From IMG/VR virus record IMGVR_UViG_3300036945_000039, positions 1 to 36,668 of that record: a stretch of 36,668 nt of DNA. One strand, 5' to 3'. Below, in pieces: positions 26,873-34,798 of this stretch; position 1 is the first letter of the stretch; each line of letters starts with the position of its first letter. A model generated the notes under the pieces. That model was not told the origin of the DNA. It did no database searches and worked only from the letters and a program-made list of their open reading frames with translations. Position numbers and translations under genes: made by a program. This stretch comes from a virus. Its lineage: Duplodnaviria > Caudoviricetes.

Positions 26873-27401
26873 TTAATTCCCCTTTACGTTGGTCTTTTAC
26901 TTTTACAAATTGCTCTAATAATGCTTTGTCTGCTTTCAGGTCAGTAACGCCTTGCTGATATACACGTTTTAACTCATCAAGATTGGCGCATAGCTGAATC
27001 GCATCACACCAGTCTTTGTAGTTTTGAGTAAGGTCTGGTGCGTCTTGCTCTGGCAGGTCTGACCCAGCGTAAACGTATAAAGCAATGCCGAAGCTCGCTA
27101 TACACTTGGCAAGGCAGCGCATCATACTGTCGCTAATCTTACGTGCGTCTGGCGATTTAACAGCATTGTTGCGGTTATCCATTACTGGCAGGTGCATTTT
27201 CATTGTTTTGCCAAACGCTGTGACATGGCAGTAAACCATCATCGTATCGTTGTAAACAGTTGGCTCTGGGAATTCCCATGTTGCCATTGGGTCTTGCTGT
27301 AATAACTGGTCAACTGCCCATGTCCAGCTAAGGTACGTTAGATTACCTTTTTTTTCTGTATGTTCGTTGACGTTGATTTGTCTTAATTTTGCGTAGTCCA
27401 T
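26865..27401 (-). CDS. Sak3/DUF1071-type single-strand annealing protein
   Basis: 'INVNEHTEKKGNLTYLSWTWA', 'LPVMDNRN', 'MRCLAKCIASFGIALYVYAG.DLP'. The start at 27401 is supported by TGATG coupling; the track uses 27416. Confidence 0.85.
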   Translation of the reverse strand: MDYAKLRQINVNEHTEKKGNLTYLSWTWAVDQLLQQDPMATWEFPEPTVYNDTMMVYCHVTAFGKTMKMHLPVMDNRNNAVKSPDARKISDSMMRCLAKCIASFGIALYVYAGSDLPEQDAPDLTQNYKDWCDAIQLCANLDELKRVYQQGVTDLKADKALLEQFVKVKDQRKGELSE

Positions 27402-27487
27402 CACTTTTTCCACCATGCTAACCTCACTGAGTTAATTAAACTATATCCACGACTGCGGTACATCTTGTAAAACCTAATAAACTTCAT
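27401..27487 (-). CDS. Basic/aromatic 28-aa peptide (not in the track)
   Basis: MKFIRFYKMYRSRGYSLINSVRLAWWKK; AAGGAG RBS; ATGA and TGATG coupling on either side. Confidence 0.55.
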   Translation of the reverse strand: MKFIRFYKMYRSRGYSLINSVRLAWWKK

Positions 27488-27984
27488 TGCACTTCTCCTT
27501 TCACTGTGTTGTATGCTTTGATTTCCCAGTACGCACATACTGATGCACGTACAAATAATCCTAGTTCTGAATGATTGTTGAATGTAAACGCACGTTCTAC
27601 TGAATCTTGGCTGCTATCTAAACATCCGTCAGCAATTGCTATTACGATATTTTTGTAGAGGTCAGGATTGTAGTCATCGCTTTCCATAAGATGTCTTGTC
27701 TGAGATTTGATAAGGTCTGACATGACCTTGGCTTCAACTGCTGCCACCAAGATGGCATAGTCTTCGCTGTTCATAATGTCTTCGCACATGGTATCTGCTA
27801 CTGGGTCAGTAGGATGAGGTAGGGTAATGTTCATGATGCTGCCGTCACTGCAAAACTCATAACGGTATTCAACATCATCAACGGTTACGTAGTGCAACTC
27901 AAACGTCATGCCGTTATTTGGATTAGTCCAAAAGTCGGTGGCTTGAGATTCTAAAAAACGTACTTGCTGTTCTGTAAATTGCAT
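27484..27984 (-). CDS. First leftward early gene, acidic hypothetical protein (166 aa)
   Basis: Start revised to 27984 (GAGGA RBS, MQFTEQQVRF). The track's 28098 start runs through the promoter region. Confidence 0.7.
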   Translation of the reverse strand: MQFTEQQVRFLESQATDFWTNPNNGMTFELHYVTVDDVEYRYEFCSDGSIMNITLPHPTDPVADTMCEDIMNSEDYAILVAAVEAKVMSDLIKSQTRHLMESDDYNPDLYKNIVIAIADGCLDSSQDSVERAFTFNNHSELGLFVRASVCAYWEIKAYNTVKGEVQ

Positions 27985-28134
27985 ATCACTTATCCTCACT
28001 TTGTTAATCAATGTAGATATTTGACCATAGAATGTAGAGGTATGCAATATATTTTTATAGGGACAAACCCTAATACTGATACATCTACAAAATAACATCT
28101 ACATGGTATACTTTATCAACTTAGAGGAATAGCA
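27985..28134. promoter_or_regulatory. Divergent early control region with repeated TGTAGA/TCTACA operator-like sites and a central palindrome
   Basis: AT-rich. Rightward TGgTATACT extended -10 (28104-28112); leftward TTGCAT-17-TCAAAT. AATGTAGA at 28010 and 28031, ACATCTACA at 28081 and 28095, TAGGG-acaaa-CCCTA at 28058-28072. Confidence 0.7.
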
Positions 28135-28344
28135 ATGGCAAAAGAAAAACCAGAGATTTTTGGCTTATTAAAGTCTGAGTTTAAAACTTACCAGAATCTA
28201 GCTGAGAAGCTGGGCATCAAGTACGTTAGCGTATACGCATGGTTTATGCGTGGCGGTAAGATACCTAACAAGTACGTAGCTCGCATCGTTGAGCTGACTG
28301 AAGGTCGCATTACACCAGAGATGATTAGACCTGACCTTTACTGA
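28135..28344 (+). CDS. Cro-like HTH regulator (YdaS/Cro family)
   Basis: 'QNLAEKLGIKYVSVYAW...IP......I..LT.G.IT...IRPDLY' with the typical C-terminal RPD; first rightward gene. Confidence 0.85.
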   Translation: MAKEKPEIFGLLKSEFKTYQNLAEKLGIKYVSVYAWFMRGGKIPNKYVARIVELTEGRITPEMIRPDLY

Positions 28345-28622
28345 TGTACGCAAAAAGAGTTGATGAAAACCAATCCGATATTATTAAGGCGTTTAAAGCT
28401 CTTGGCTGTAGCGTTGTTGACCTTTCTAGGGTCGGTCGTGGCTGCCCAGATTTGGCTGTTGGTATTAACGGTATAACTGTATTTGTAGAGATTAAGCGTG
28501 ATGCTAAGGCGAAATATACTGAGCATCAAGTGGAATGGATGGCAGCATGGCGTGGCGGTACGGTAGCACGTATTGATTCTGTTGATGCTGCAATCAGATT
28601 AGTAAATACTTGCAACAAATAA
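28344..28622 (+). CDS. VRR-NUC-like / PD-(D/E)XK nuclease (possible junction resolvase)
   Basis: 'KRVDENQ..I', 'GCPDLAVG', 'FVEIK', 'TEHQ..W...WRG'. Confidence 0.75.
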   Translation: MYAKRVDENQSDIIKAFKALGCSVVDLSRVGRGCPDLAVGINGITVFVEIKRDAKAKYTEHQVEWMAAWRGGTVARIDSVDAAIRLVNTCNK

Positions 28623-28638
28623 TTTTTTAGTTTAGTCT
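28610..28638 (+). promoter_or_regulatory. Putative sigma70 promoter for the structured RNA/replication genes
   Basis: TTGCAA-17 nt-TAGTCT directly upstream of the folded element. Confidence 0.4.
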
Positions 28639-28639
28639 A

Positions 28640-28730
28640 TGGGTAATGGCTAGGGAGTGCAACCCGAAGAGCTGATTCATCACCAGTCTGCCAAGACCCA
28701 CCAATTTTGTGATGATACCGAATGATGAAA
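28640..28730 (+). ncRNA. C4-like antisense/structured RNA with downstream complementary targets
   Basis: Multi-stem fold TGGGT/ACCCA, TGGC/GCCA, GGG/CCC, GCTG/CAGT. Loop ATTCATCAC (28675-28683) is complementary to GTGATGA (28709-28715) and TGATGAA (28723-28729) beside the next RBS. Confidence 0.6.
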
Positions 28731-28738
28731 GGTGTTAT

Positions 28739-28855
28739 ATGTCTTACTCCCTCTACGAATCCCTCAAGCAAGAGTGGATTAGAAAAAACCCAGAAGCAAC
28801 TCCAGCTCAATACCAGAAGGCAATGCGTTCTATAGCTCGCAAGGCAGGTATCTGA
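28739..28855 (+). CDS. Small leader protein (38 aa, not in the track) coupled to the replication initiator
   Basis: MSYSLYESLKQEWIRKNPEATPAQYQKAMRSIARKAGI; AAAGGTG RBS; TGATG overlap. Confidence 0.7.
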   Translation: MSYSLYESLKQEWIRKNPEATPAQYQKAMRSIARKAGI

Positions 28856-29532
28856 TGCACTACTACAAATTTAATATTGCCGATTGGCATTTAGCGACAA
28901 GTCATTTAACACTTGAAGAAGAAGCAATTTACTTTAAGCTGGTTAATTTTTATTACGATACTGAGCAGCCAATACCACTTGAAACCGAAACGGTTATTAG
29001 ACGGTTACGTTTAGGTTTGTATTCTGAAACCGTTGGGTTAGTGCTGTCTGAGTTTTTTGTTTTGCAAGAAGATGGGTGGCATCACAATCGTTGCGACGAA
29101 GAGATTGAACACTATCATTCAAAGGCAGAAAAGAATAAGATTGTAGGTAAACTTGGCGGAAGACCTAGGAAAAACAAAGACTTACAAACAAACCCAAACG
29201 GTTTTGAAAATAAACCGATTGATAACCCAGACATAACCCTAACCAAGAACCATAAACCAATAACCAGTAGAGAAGTTACTAAGGTAACCAAAGGTACAAG
29301 ATGGTCAAAAGAATTACCAATACCTGATAGTTGGATTGATTATTGCAAAACTAAAAGACCAGAATTAAATCCTTACGATACATTTGAATCTTTTACAGAC
29401 TACTGGGTATCAGTGGCTGGTTCAAAGGGTGTTAAGTTAGATTGGGATGCAACATGGCGAACATGGGTTAGGAATCAACGTGCCACATTCAAGCAGCCAC
29501 CTAAAAGCAATCAGTTTGCAGGTGCTATATGA
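28855..29532 (+). CDS. YdaU/DUF1376-family replication initiator
   Basis: 'MHYYKFNIADW...T.HLT.EE..IY..L...YY..E.P', 'HNRCDEEI', 'GKLGGRP'; C-terminal 'F.DYW......K.DW.ATWR.WVR' helicase-loading domain. Confidence 0.85.
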   Translation: MHYYKFNIADWHLATSHLTLEEEAIYFKLVNFYYDTEQPIPLETETVIRRLRLGLYSETVGLVLSEFFVLQEDGWHHNRCDEEIEHYHSKAEKNKIVGKLGGRPRKNKDLQTNPNGFENKPIDNPDITLTKNHKPITSREVTKVTKGTRWSKELPIPDSWIDYCKTKRPELNPYDTFESFTDYWVSVAGSKGVKLDWDATWRTWVRNQRATFKQPPKSNQFAGAI

Positions 29533-29810
29533 AGGGTCACGAATACATAGTTGAGATGCGTAAGCAAGGTTTTATCCCTGCCAGCGTATTTATTCACATG
29601 AGCGACAAGGTAAACGATAACGGTATATACGTTGGTGATAAGCCAGCGCATAGGGTAAACCTGAATTTTCTATTTAATGTAGATATTGTTCACTTGATAC
29701 CCTCTGACAATACGCAGAATGTAGTGAGTTGGTGGTGCAAGATTGTAGATGCTAAGCCTAAATTTTTAATAACAGTGATAGATGGTGAGATTTCAACATG
29801 GAAACAATAA
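29529..29810 (+). CDS. Hypothetical protein
   Basis: 93-aa ORF, ATGA-coupled, between initiator and helicase. Confidence 0.6.
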   Translation: MKGHEYIVEMRKQGFIPASVFIHMSDKVNDNGIYVGDKPAHRVNLNFLFNVDIVHLIPSDNTQNVVSWWCKIVDAKPKFLITVIDGEISTWKQ

Positions 29811-30706
29811 GAGAAGATGACATTGATTGGGCTGCATACGCTGAGGAATCAGAGCTGTACGCAAAGGTAATTTCAGGTCATGAGGTAATGCCTGATATAA
29901 ACAAGTATCTACATGGCAATTATTACAAGCGTGGCGCTAAGCTGCCTTGGGATAAGACGCACGATAAGGTGCAGTTAAGACTAGGTGAAGTATCGGTTTA
30001 CGCTGGTGTCAACGGTCACGGCAAGTCATTGCTGACTGGTCAGGTAGTTCTGGCGCTGGTACAGCAAAACTTTAAGACGCTGGTCGCATCATTTGAGATG
30101 CCAGTTGGTGCTACGCTAGGGCGTATGGCAAGACAAGCCACTAATGTCAGACATCCAGATGAGGTTATGTTGAATAAATACAGCATGTTTATGGAGAATA
30201 AGCTGTACGTATTTGACCATCACGGCAGGTTTGACGGCAGCAAGATAGAAGCATTATGTAGATATGCCAAGCAAGAGAAGGGTATTGAGCATATTGTCAT
30301 TGATTCATTGATGAAGGTAGTTAAGGGTGAAGATGACTATAACGGTCAGAAGGATTTGATTAACAGCCTATGCGCCATTGCGCAGCAGAACAATATCCAC
30401 ATTCATTTGGTGCATCACTTACGTAAAGCTGGTGATGAGTTTGCAGTTGGTGGTAAGTTTGACCTGAAGGGTTCAGGCGCAATATCAGACCAAGTGGATA
30501 ACATTTTTATCGTTTGGAAGAATAAGAAAAAGGAGATGATGGCGCAGCAGGGCGAAGCCGTTGATAACAGTGAACCAGATGCCATGCTGATATGCGAGAA
30601 GCAGCGACATGGTGAATTTGAAGGCAGATTCCTATTGTGGTTTGATAGGGAAAGCCAGCAATTTGTAGAGATGGCACATGCCTTACCCTATAGATACCTC
30701 GTCTGA
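29798..30706 (+). CDS. SF4 (DnaB/T7 gp4-type) replicative helicase, no primase domain
   Basis: Walker A AGVNGHGKS, 'SFEM', Walker B HIVIDSL, 'HIHLVHHLRK', 'DLKGSGAISDQVDN', 'KQRHG'. Confidence 0.9.
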   Translation: METIREDDIDWAAYAEESELYAKVISGHEVMPDINKYLHGNYYKRGAKLPWDKTHDKVQLRLGEVSVYAGVNGHGKSLLTGQVVLALVQQNFKTLVASFEMPVGATLGRMARQATNVRHPDEVMLNKYSMFMENKLYVFDHHGRFDGSKIEALCRYAKQEKGIEHIVIDSLMKVVKGEDDYNGQKDLINSLCAIAQQNNIHIHLVHHLRKAGDEFAVGGKFDLKGSGAISDQVDNIFIVWKNKKKEMMAQQGEAVDNSEPDAMLICEKQRHGEFEGRFLLWFDRESQQFVEMAHALPYRYLV

Positions 30707-30857
30707 GGAATGGCGGCATGAGTGTGAAGCCAGAGCCGTGTTAAAAATGCCTTTACTTAATCGCAGAGAATATCTACAATTGGTAGGGCAGAAGCGTGGA
30801 GCTGAAGCTAGATTACGACTTGAGGATAAAGTGAGAGAATTATGGAAAATAAGATAA
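30678..30857 (+). CDS. Small phage protein (59 aa, not in the track)
   Basis: MPYPIDTSSEEWRHECEARAVLKMPLLNRREYLQLVGQKRGAEARLRLEDKVRELWKIR fills the gap after the helicase. Confidence 0.6.
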   Translation: MPYPIDTSSEEWRHECEARAVLKMPLLNRREYLQLVGQKRGAEARLRLEDKVRELWKIR

Positions 30858-31174
30858 GTTTATTTGAATCATTGAATTACATTGCGGATAACGCAGAGAA
30901 GTACGCAAAACTAAAAGCGCACGTCACGTACATGACTGAGAAGCGCAAGTCTATCAAAGCATCATTGATGCGCAAGTCTTTGGCTAAGACTGAGAGCGCT
31001 AAAGAATCAGATGCCTACGCTCATCCAGACTATCTACATCACTTAGAAGAAATGTGCGATGCCATTGCTGAATACGAAACCGTAAAGACATTGATGATGT
31101 TGCATGAGCTAAAAGCAGAATCATGGCGCAGCATTGAAGCGTCTAACCGTGCATTGGATAGGGCTGCAAGATGA
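30842..31174 (+). CDS. Helical coiled-coil hypothetical protein
   Basis: 110 aa, with 'AYAHPDY..H', 'E.WRS..AS.R' motifs. Confidence 0.7.
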   Translation: MENKISLFESLNYIADNAEKYAKLKAHVTYMTEKRKSIKASLMRKSLAKTESAKESDAYAHPDYLHHLEEMCDAIAEYETVKTLMMLHELKAESWRSIEASNRALDRAAR

Positions 31175-31344
31175 TAACTATTCCTATTTATACGGCTATC
31201 CGATACATGGTCAGTGACTTTGGTGGTCAATTGCGTGGGTTCAATACCAGAAAAGAAGCTGAACGGTTTATTGAAGATAAGCCAGAGTGCTGGATTGACT
31301 ACATTCCACCGAGAACCATACAAGTTGAAGAGTGTCCGTTTTAA
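31171..31344 (+). CDS. Small hypothetical protein ending EECPF (57 aa, not in the track)
   Basis: ATGA/TAATG coupled; MITIPIYTAIRYMVSDFGGQLRGFNTRKEAERF...QVEECPF. Confidence 0.55.
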   Translation: MITIPIYTAIRYMVSDFGGQLRGFNTRKEAERFIEDKPECWIDYIPPRTIQVEECPF

Positions 31345-31703
31345 TGCGCAATCCTGATGCAATGCACATTGACTACAGCAGTTTGCTTGGGATTATTAGC
31401 GACAATCCTAAAGTGCTGCCTAGTGATTTAGACCTAATCTATGAGAGAAAAGGTCAGTTTTTGATTGCCGAGTTCAAGCGTGGCAAAGAAAAGTTAAGCC
31501 AAGGTCAAAAGATTTTGCTGCAAAACTTAGCTAAGCTGCCGCAGTTTAAGGTAATCGTGGTCAATGGCTACTCTGAAAACAAGCAGCTTATGATTAACAG
31601 TATCTACTGGATTAAGCCAGATGGTACTTATATAAAAATTGGCGAAGGGCTGGATAGATTTAAGCAGCTCATCAATAACTGGTATGCGTCTGTCAATGAA
31701 TAA
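31344..31703 (+). CDS. Putative PD-(D/E)XK nuclease-fold protein
   Basis: Start revised to 31344; 'SDLDLIYERKGQFLIAEFK...LSQGQ' D..E.K motif. Confidence 0.6.
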   Translation: MRNPDAMHIDYSSLLGIISDNPKVLPSDLDLIYERKGQFLIAEFKRGKEKLSQGQKILLQNLAKLPQFKVIVVNGYSENKQLMINSIYWIKPDGTYIKIGEGLDRFKQLINNWYASVNE

Positions 31704-31998
31704 CACTGAGCGAGAACATAAGGCGCTGGTTGCACGGCTTGGTTGTATGGTTTGCCGTAGGGTATTCAGGTTCACTGATGCTGAGATTGTAGATACGCCA
31801 GTGGAGCTGCATCATATTCGTGGTGGGCGTGGCTGGGGTAAGGGTGACTATACTACGCTGATACCCTTGTGCTTTGAACACCATCGTGGCAACATGAGCG
31901 TACACGGTTTGGGGACTAAGCGTTTTCCAAAGCATTATGGATTTACAGAAGAAGATTTACTGAATGATACAAAGCAGCTCATTGAACAGATGGTGTGA
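31696..31998 (+). CDS. Ref-like HNH recombination-enhancement nuclease
   Basis: Start at 31696; 'VARLGCMVCR', 'ELHHIR', 'IPLCFEHHRG', 'VHGLGTK.F..HYG.TE..LL'. Confidence 0.8.
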   Translation: MNNTEREHKALVARLGCMVCRRVFRFTDAEIVDTPVELHHIRGGRGWGKGDYTTLIPLCFEHHRGNMSVHGLGTKRFPKHYGFTEEDLLNDTKQLIEQMV

Positions 31999-32104
31999 TT
32001 ATTGCAAGAGATTGATGCCAGCAACAGGAAAACAGATTAAAAGCGCAGATGGTTTAAGATACAAATACAAATGCGTGAAATGTTTAGAGGATAGCGAGAA
32101 GTGA
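31964..32104 (+). CDS. Small zinc-ribbon protein (46 aa, not in the track)
   Basis: ...RWCDYCKR...YKCVKCLEDSEK, two CxxC pairs. Confidence 0.55.
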   Translation: MIQSSSLNRWCDYCKRLMPATGKQIKSADGLRYKYKCVKCLEDSEK

Positions 32105-32142
32105 TTTTGTAGGGGAAAGAGTAATCAAGTACCCTGCTTTTT

Positions 32143-32160
32143 TGCTATAATGTAGATATA
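32143..32160 (+). promoter_or_regulatory. Putative late promoter (extended -10) overlapped by the operator-like motif
   Basis: TGcTATAAT at 32143-32151; AATGTAGATAT at 32149-32159 is identical to 28010-28020. Confidence 0.6.
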
Positions 32161-32177
32161 AACTCATAGGAGTAGAT

Positions 32178-32330
32178 ATGCCTTATAAATCCGCAGCGCA
32201 AAAGAAGCTCATGCAAGCAGTAGCGCACAATAAAGAATTCGCCAAGAAGGTAGACATCCCTCAGTCAGTCGCAAAGAAGTTTGCTAAAGAAGACAAGATG
32301 GTTGGGTCAAAAAGGATTGCTGGCAAATGA
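32178..32330 (+). CDS. Small basic protein, first late gene (50 aa, not in the track)
   Basis: AGGAG RBS; MPYKSAAQKKLMQAVAHNKEFAKKVDIPQSVAKKF...; ATGA-coupled to the small terminase. Confidence 0.75.
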   Translation: MPYKSAAQKKLMQAVAHNKEFAKKVDIPQSVAKKFAKEDKMVGSKRIAGK

Positions 32331-32704
32331 CAGAAAAGAACAAAGGCGGTAGACCACGTAAGTATTCATCGCCAGAAGACTTTGACGCTAAGGTAGATGA
32401 ATTCCTAGCTGTATGCGTGGCTAACGAAGAGCCTATTACATGGACTGGATTAGCTCTACATTTAGGGTTTAGCTCAAGAAGCGAGATTGATAACTACTTG
32501 GATTATGATGGGTTTTCCCACTCCGTAAAAAGAGCTAAGATGATTGTAGAGAACGCATACGAGAAAAGACTACAGGGTTCTAATCCTACAGGCGCTATCT
32601 TTGCACTAAAGAACATGAATTGGCGTGACAAAATTGAGCAAGAGATTAGCGGTTCAGGATTCTCAATCAACATTGACCTAGATGACAAGCCAAACGCAAA
32701 TTAA
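32327..32704 (+). CDS. terS: Terminase small subunit
   Basis: 'GGRPRKY', 'PITWTGLALHLGF', 'TGAIFALKN..WRDK' (P22 gp3-like packaging family); upstream of terL. Confidence 0.85.
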   Translation: MTEKNKGGRPRKYSSPEDFDAKVDEFLAVCVANEEPITWTGLALHLGFSSRSEIDNYLDYDGFSHSVKRAKMIVENAYEKRLQGSNPTGAIFALKNMNWRDKIEQEISGSGFSINIDLDDKPNAN

Positions 32705-34079
32705 ATATACCCCAGCAGGTGAAGTGAGCCGTGCGTTCATGAAATCTGACGCATTTGTGCGTGGTATTCGTGGTCCATTCGGTAGCGGTAAGTCAACGGC
32801 ATGCGTGATGGAGATACTACGCAGGGCTAAGATGCAGCGTATTGGCACAGACGGCAAGCGTAGAAGTCGCTGGGCTGTTATCCGTAACACGTATCCTGAG
32901 CTTAAAACCACTACAATTAAGACGTGGCATCAATGGGTAGACCCTAGCGTTGGGCGCTGGGTAGACAATGGTCCACCAATGCACCACATCACAGAGGGTG
33001 ACTTAGACCTAGAAGTTATCTTCTTGGCTATGGATAAGCCAGATGACATTGCAAAACTGTTATCTATGGAATTGACAGGCGCATGGGTCAATGAAGCCAG
33101 AGAGTTACCAAAGGCAGTTATTGACGGTTTGACTGGTCGTGTTGGTCGTTATCCATCAGTATTGATGGGCGGCAGCTCTTGGTCAGGCATCATCATGGAT
33201 ACTAACCCACCAGATAATGACCATTGGTGGTACAAGTTGGCAGAAGAGATTAAACCAGAGGGCTGGCAGTTCTTTGCGCAGCCAAGTGGTCGCAGTGAGA
33301 ACGCTGAGAATCGTGAGAATCTGCCACCTAACTACTATGAGCGCCAGATTGCAGGTAAAGACGAAGACTGGATTAAGGTTTATGTAGATGCTGAGTACGG
33401 TTTTGTACGTGAAGGAAAGCCAATCTATCCTGAATACCGTGACCATCTACATGCCAGAGAGTTTGAAATCATCCCATCAATGCCAATGTATGTCGGTATT
33501 GACTTTGGTTTAACGCCAGCAGCCGTGTTTGGTCAGAAGACAGCAATGGGTCAATGGCGTATTCACAGCGAATTGGTCACAGAAGACATGGGCGCAGTAC
33601 GATTTGCTGAGTTGTTACGTGCTGCAATGCACGAACGCTACCCACGAATGACGTTTGCACAGGTAACTGGTGACCCAGCAGGTGATTCCAGAGCGCAGAC
33701 AGATGAAACTACACCGTTTCAGATACTCAGGGCAGCAGGAATACCAGCTAATCCAGCTCCTACCAATGACTTTGTGAAGCGTAGAGAATCAGTTGCAGTC
33801 TGTTTAAGCCGTCTAATTGATGGTGATGCAGGGGTATGGATACATCCTAACTGTAAACAGTTGCGCAAAGGTATGGCTGGGGGATACAATTACAAGCGAT
33901 TGCAGGTATCTGGTGAAGAGAAATATCGTGACGTTCCTGATAAGAACATGTATTCTCACGTATGTGAAGCAGCTCAGTATATGTTTGTCGGAGCAGGTGA
34001 AGCCAGAACACTTGTAAGGCGTGAAATCACAGGCGGTAGAAGACAGGCTTATGCTATTAGCGATTATGAGATTCTTTAA
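32682..34079 (+). CDS. terL: Terminase large subunit
   Basis: Walker A GPFGSGKST, Walker B AWVNE, 'DTNPP', nuclease 'GIDFG', 'DKN.YSH..EA.QY'. Confidence 0.93.
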   Translation: MTSQTQIKYTPAGEVSRAFMKSDAFVRGIRGPFGSGKSTACVMEILRRAKMQRIGTDGKRRSRWAVIRNTYPELKTTTIKTWHQWVDPSVGRWVDNGPPMHHITEGDLDLEVIFLAMDKPDDIAKLLSMELTGAWVNEARELPKAVIDGLTGRVGRYPSVLMGGSSWSGIIMDTNPPDNDHWWYKLAEEIKPEGWQFFAQPSGRSENAENRENLPPNYYERQIAGKDEDWIKVYVDAEYGFVREGKPIYPEYRDHLHAREFEIIPSMPMYVGIDFGLTPAAVFGQKTAMGQWRIHSELVTEDMGAVRFAELLRAAMHERYPRMTFAQVTGDPAGDSRAQTDETTPFQILRAAGIPANPAPTNDFVKRRESVAVCLSRLIDGDAGVWIHPNCKQLRKGMAGGYNYKRLQVSGEEKYRDVPDKNMYSHVCEAAQYMFVGAGEARTLVRREITGGRRQAYAISDYEIL

Positions 34080-34089
34080 GGAGTAAGAC

Positions 34090-34305
34090 ATGGGCGGATT
34101 ATTCGGCGGCAAAGCGCCACCACCACCAGCAGCGCCAGAAGCGCCACCACCACCACCTGATACAGCGACAGCACAAGCACGTTCAGAGCGTGAATCTGCT
34201 GACATGATGGCTAAGCGTCGTGGTCGTGCATCAACAGTATTGACATCAGGTCTTATGGCTACCGAAGAGCCGAAGACAGCAACACGTAAACTTTTAGGGA
34301 GCTAA
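34090..34305 (+). CDS. Small pre-portal virion protein, paralogue 1
   Basis: MGG start, Pro-rich, 'RRGRASTVL...RKLLG'. Confidence 0.7.
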   Translation: MGGLFGGKAPPPPAAPEAPPPPPDTATAQARSERESADMMAKRRGRASTVLTSGLMATEEPKTATRKLLGS

Positions 34306-34307
34306 CC

Positions 34308-34577
34308 ATGGGCGGCGTAGTTCAATCAGTAGTTAAGCCAGTTGCTAAGTTGGCAGGTGTCGCACCAAGCGCACCAGCAGCCGCAGCAGCACCAGTCGCA
34401 ACGTCAGTTGTGGCAAAACCAGAAGACAGAGCAGCAGGTCTTGGTCGTGCAGAATCAGAGATTGCAGGTCAATTGGCAGCAAGAAAAGGTCGTAGAGGTC
34501 GTGCGTCTACAGTATTAGGCGCAGCAGACGAAACAGCAGGTGGAATGACAGCATCAAAACGATTGCTCGGAGAATAA
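34308..34577 (+). CDS. Small pre-portal virion protein, paralogue 2
   Basis: MGG start, Ala-rich, 'RRGRASTVL...KRLLG'. Confidence 0.7.
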   Translation: MGGVVQSVVKPVAKLAGVAPSAPAAAAAPVATSVVAKPEDRAAGLGRAESEIAGQLAARKGRRGRASTVLGAADETAGGMTASKRLLGE

Positions 34578-34578
34578 T

Positions 34579-34797
34579 ATGGCTGGAATGTTGACCAAAG
34601 AAATGAGCCCAGCTTACATGGCTTATGAAAAGCTAACCGAAGACAAGAAGGAAGCTCCACCAGTACCTGCTGCAACACCAGAAGATGAGATGATGATGAA
34701 GCGCAAGCGCATGGGTGAGCGTCGTTCTGCTGCTGGTATGTTGGCTGAAGAAGAGAAGAAGCCTAAAAAAGCTAGTGCAATGTTGACAGAGGAATAA
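34579..34797 (+). CDS. Small charged pre-portal protein
   Basis: GGAG RBS; 72 aa, with AGML/SAML repeated three times. Confidence 0.6.
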   Translation: MAGMLTKEMSPAYMAYEKLTEDKKEAPPVPAATPEDEMMMKRKRMGERRSAAGMLAEEEKKPKKASAMLTEE

Positions 34798-34798
34798 C

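Noticed and set aside
25086-28134. Lysogeny module (integrase, CI, att site)
   Set aside because: No recombinase or repressor-peptidase motifs in any ORF; the region is fully accounted for by coupled small genes.
28640-28700. tRNA gene
   Set aside because: Branched fold, but no 7-bp acceptor stem, T-loop (GTTCRA) or CCA; treated as a C4-like RNA instead.
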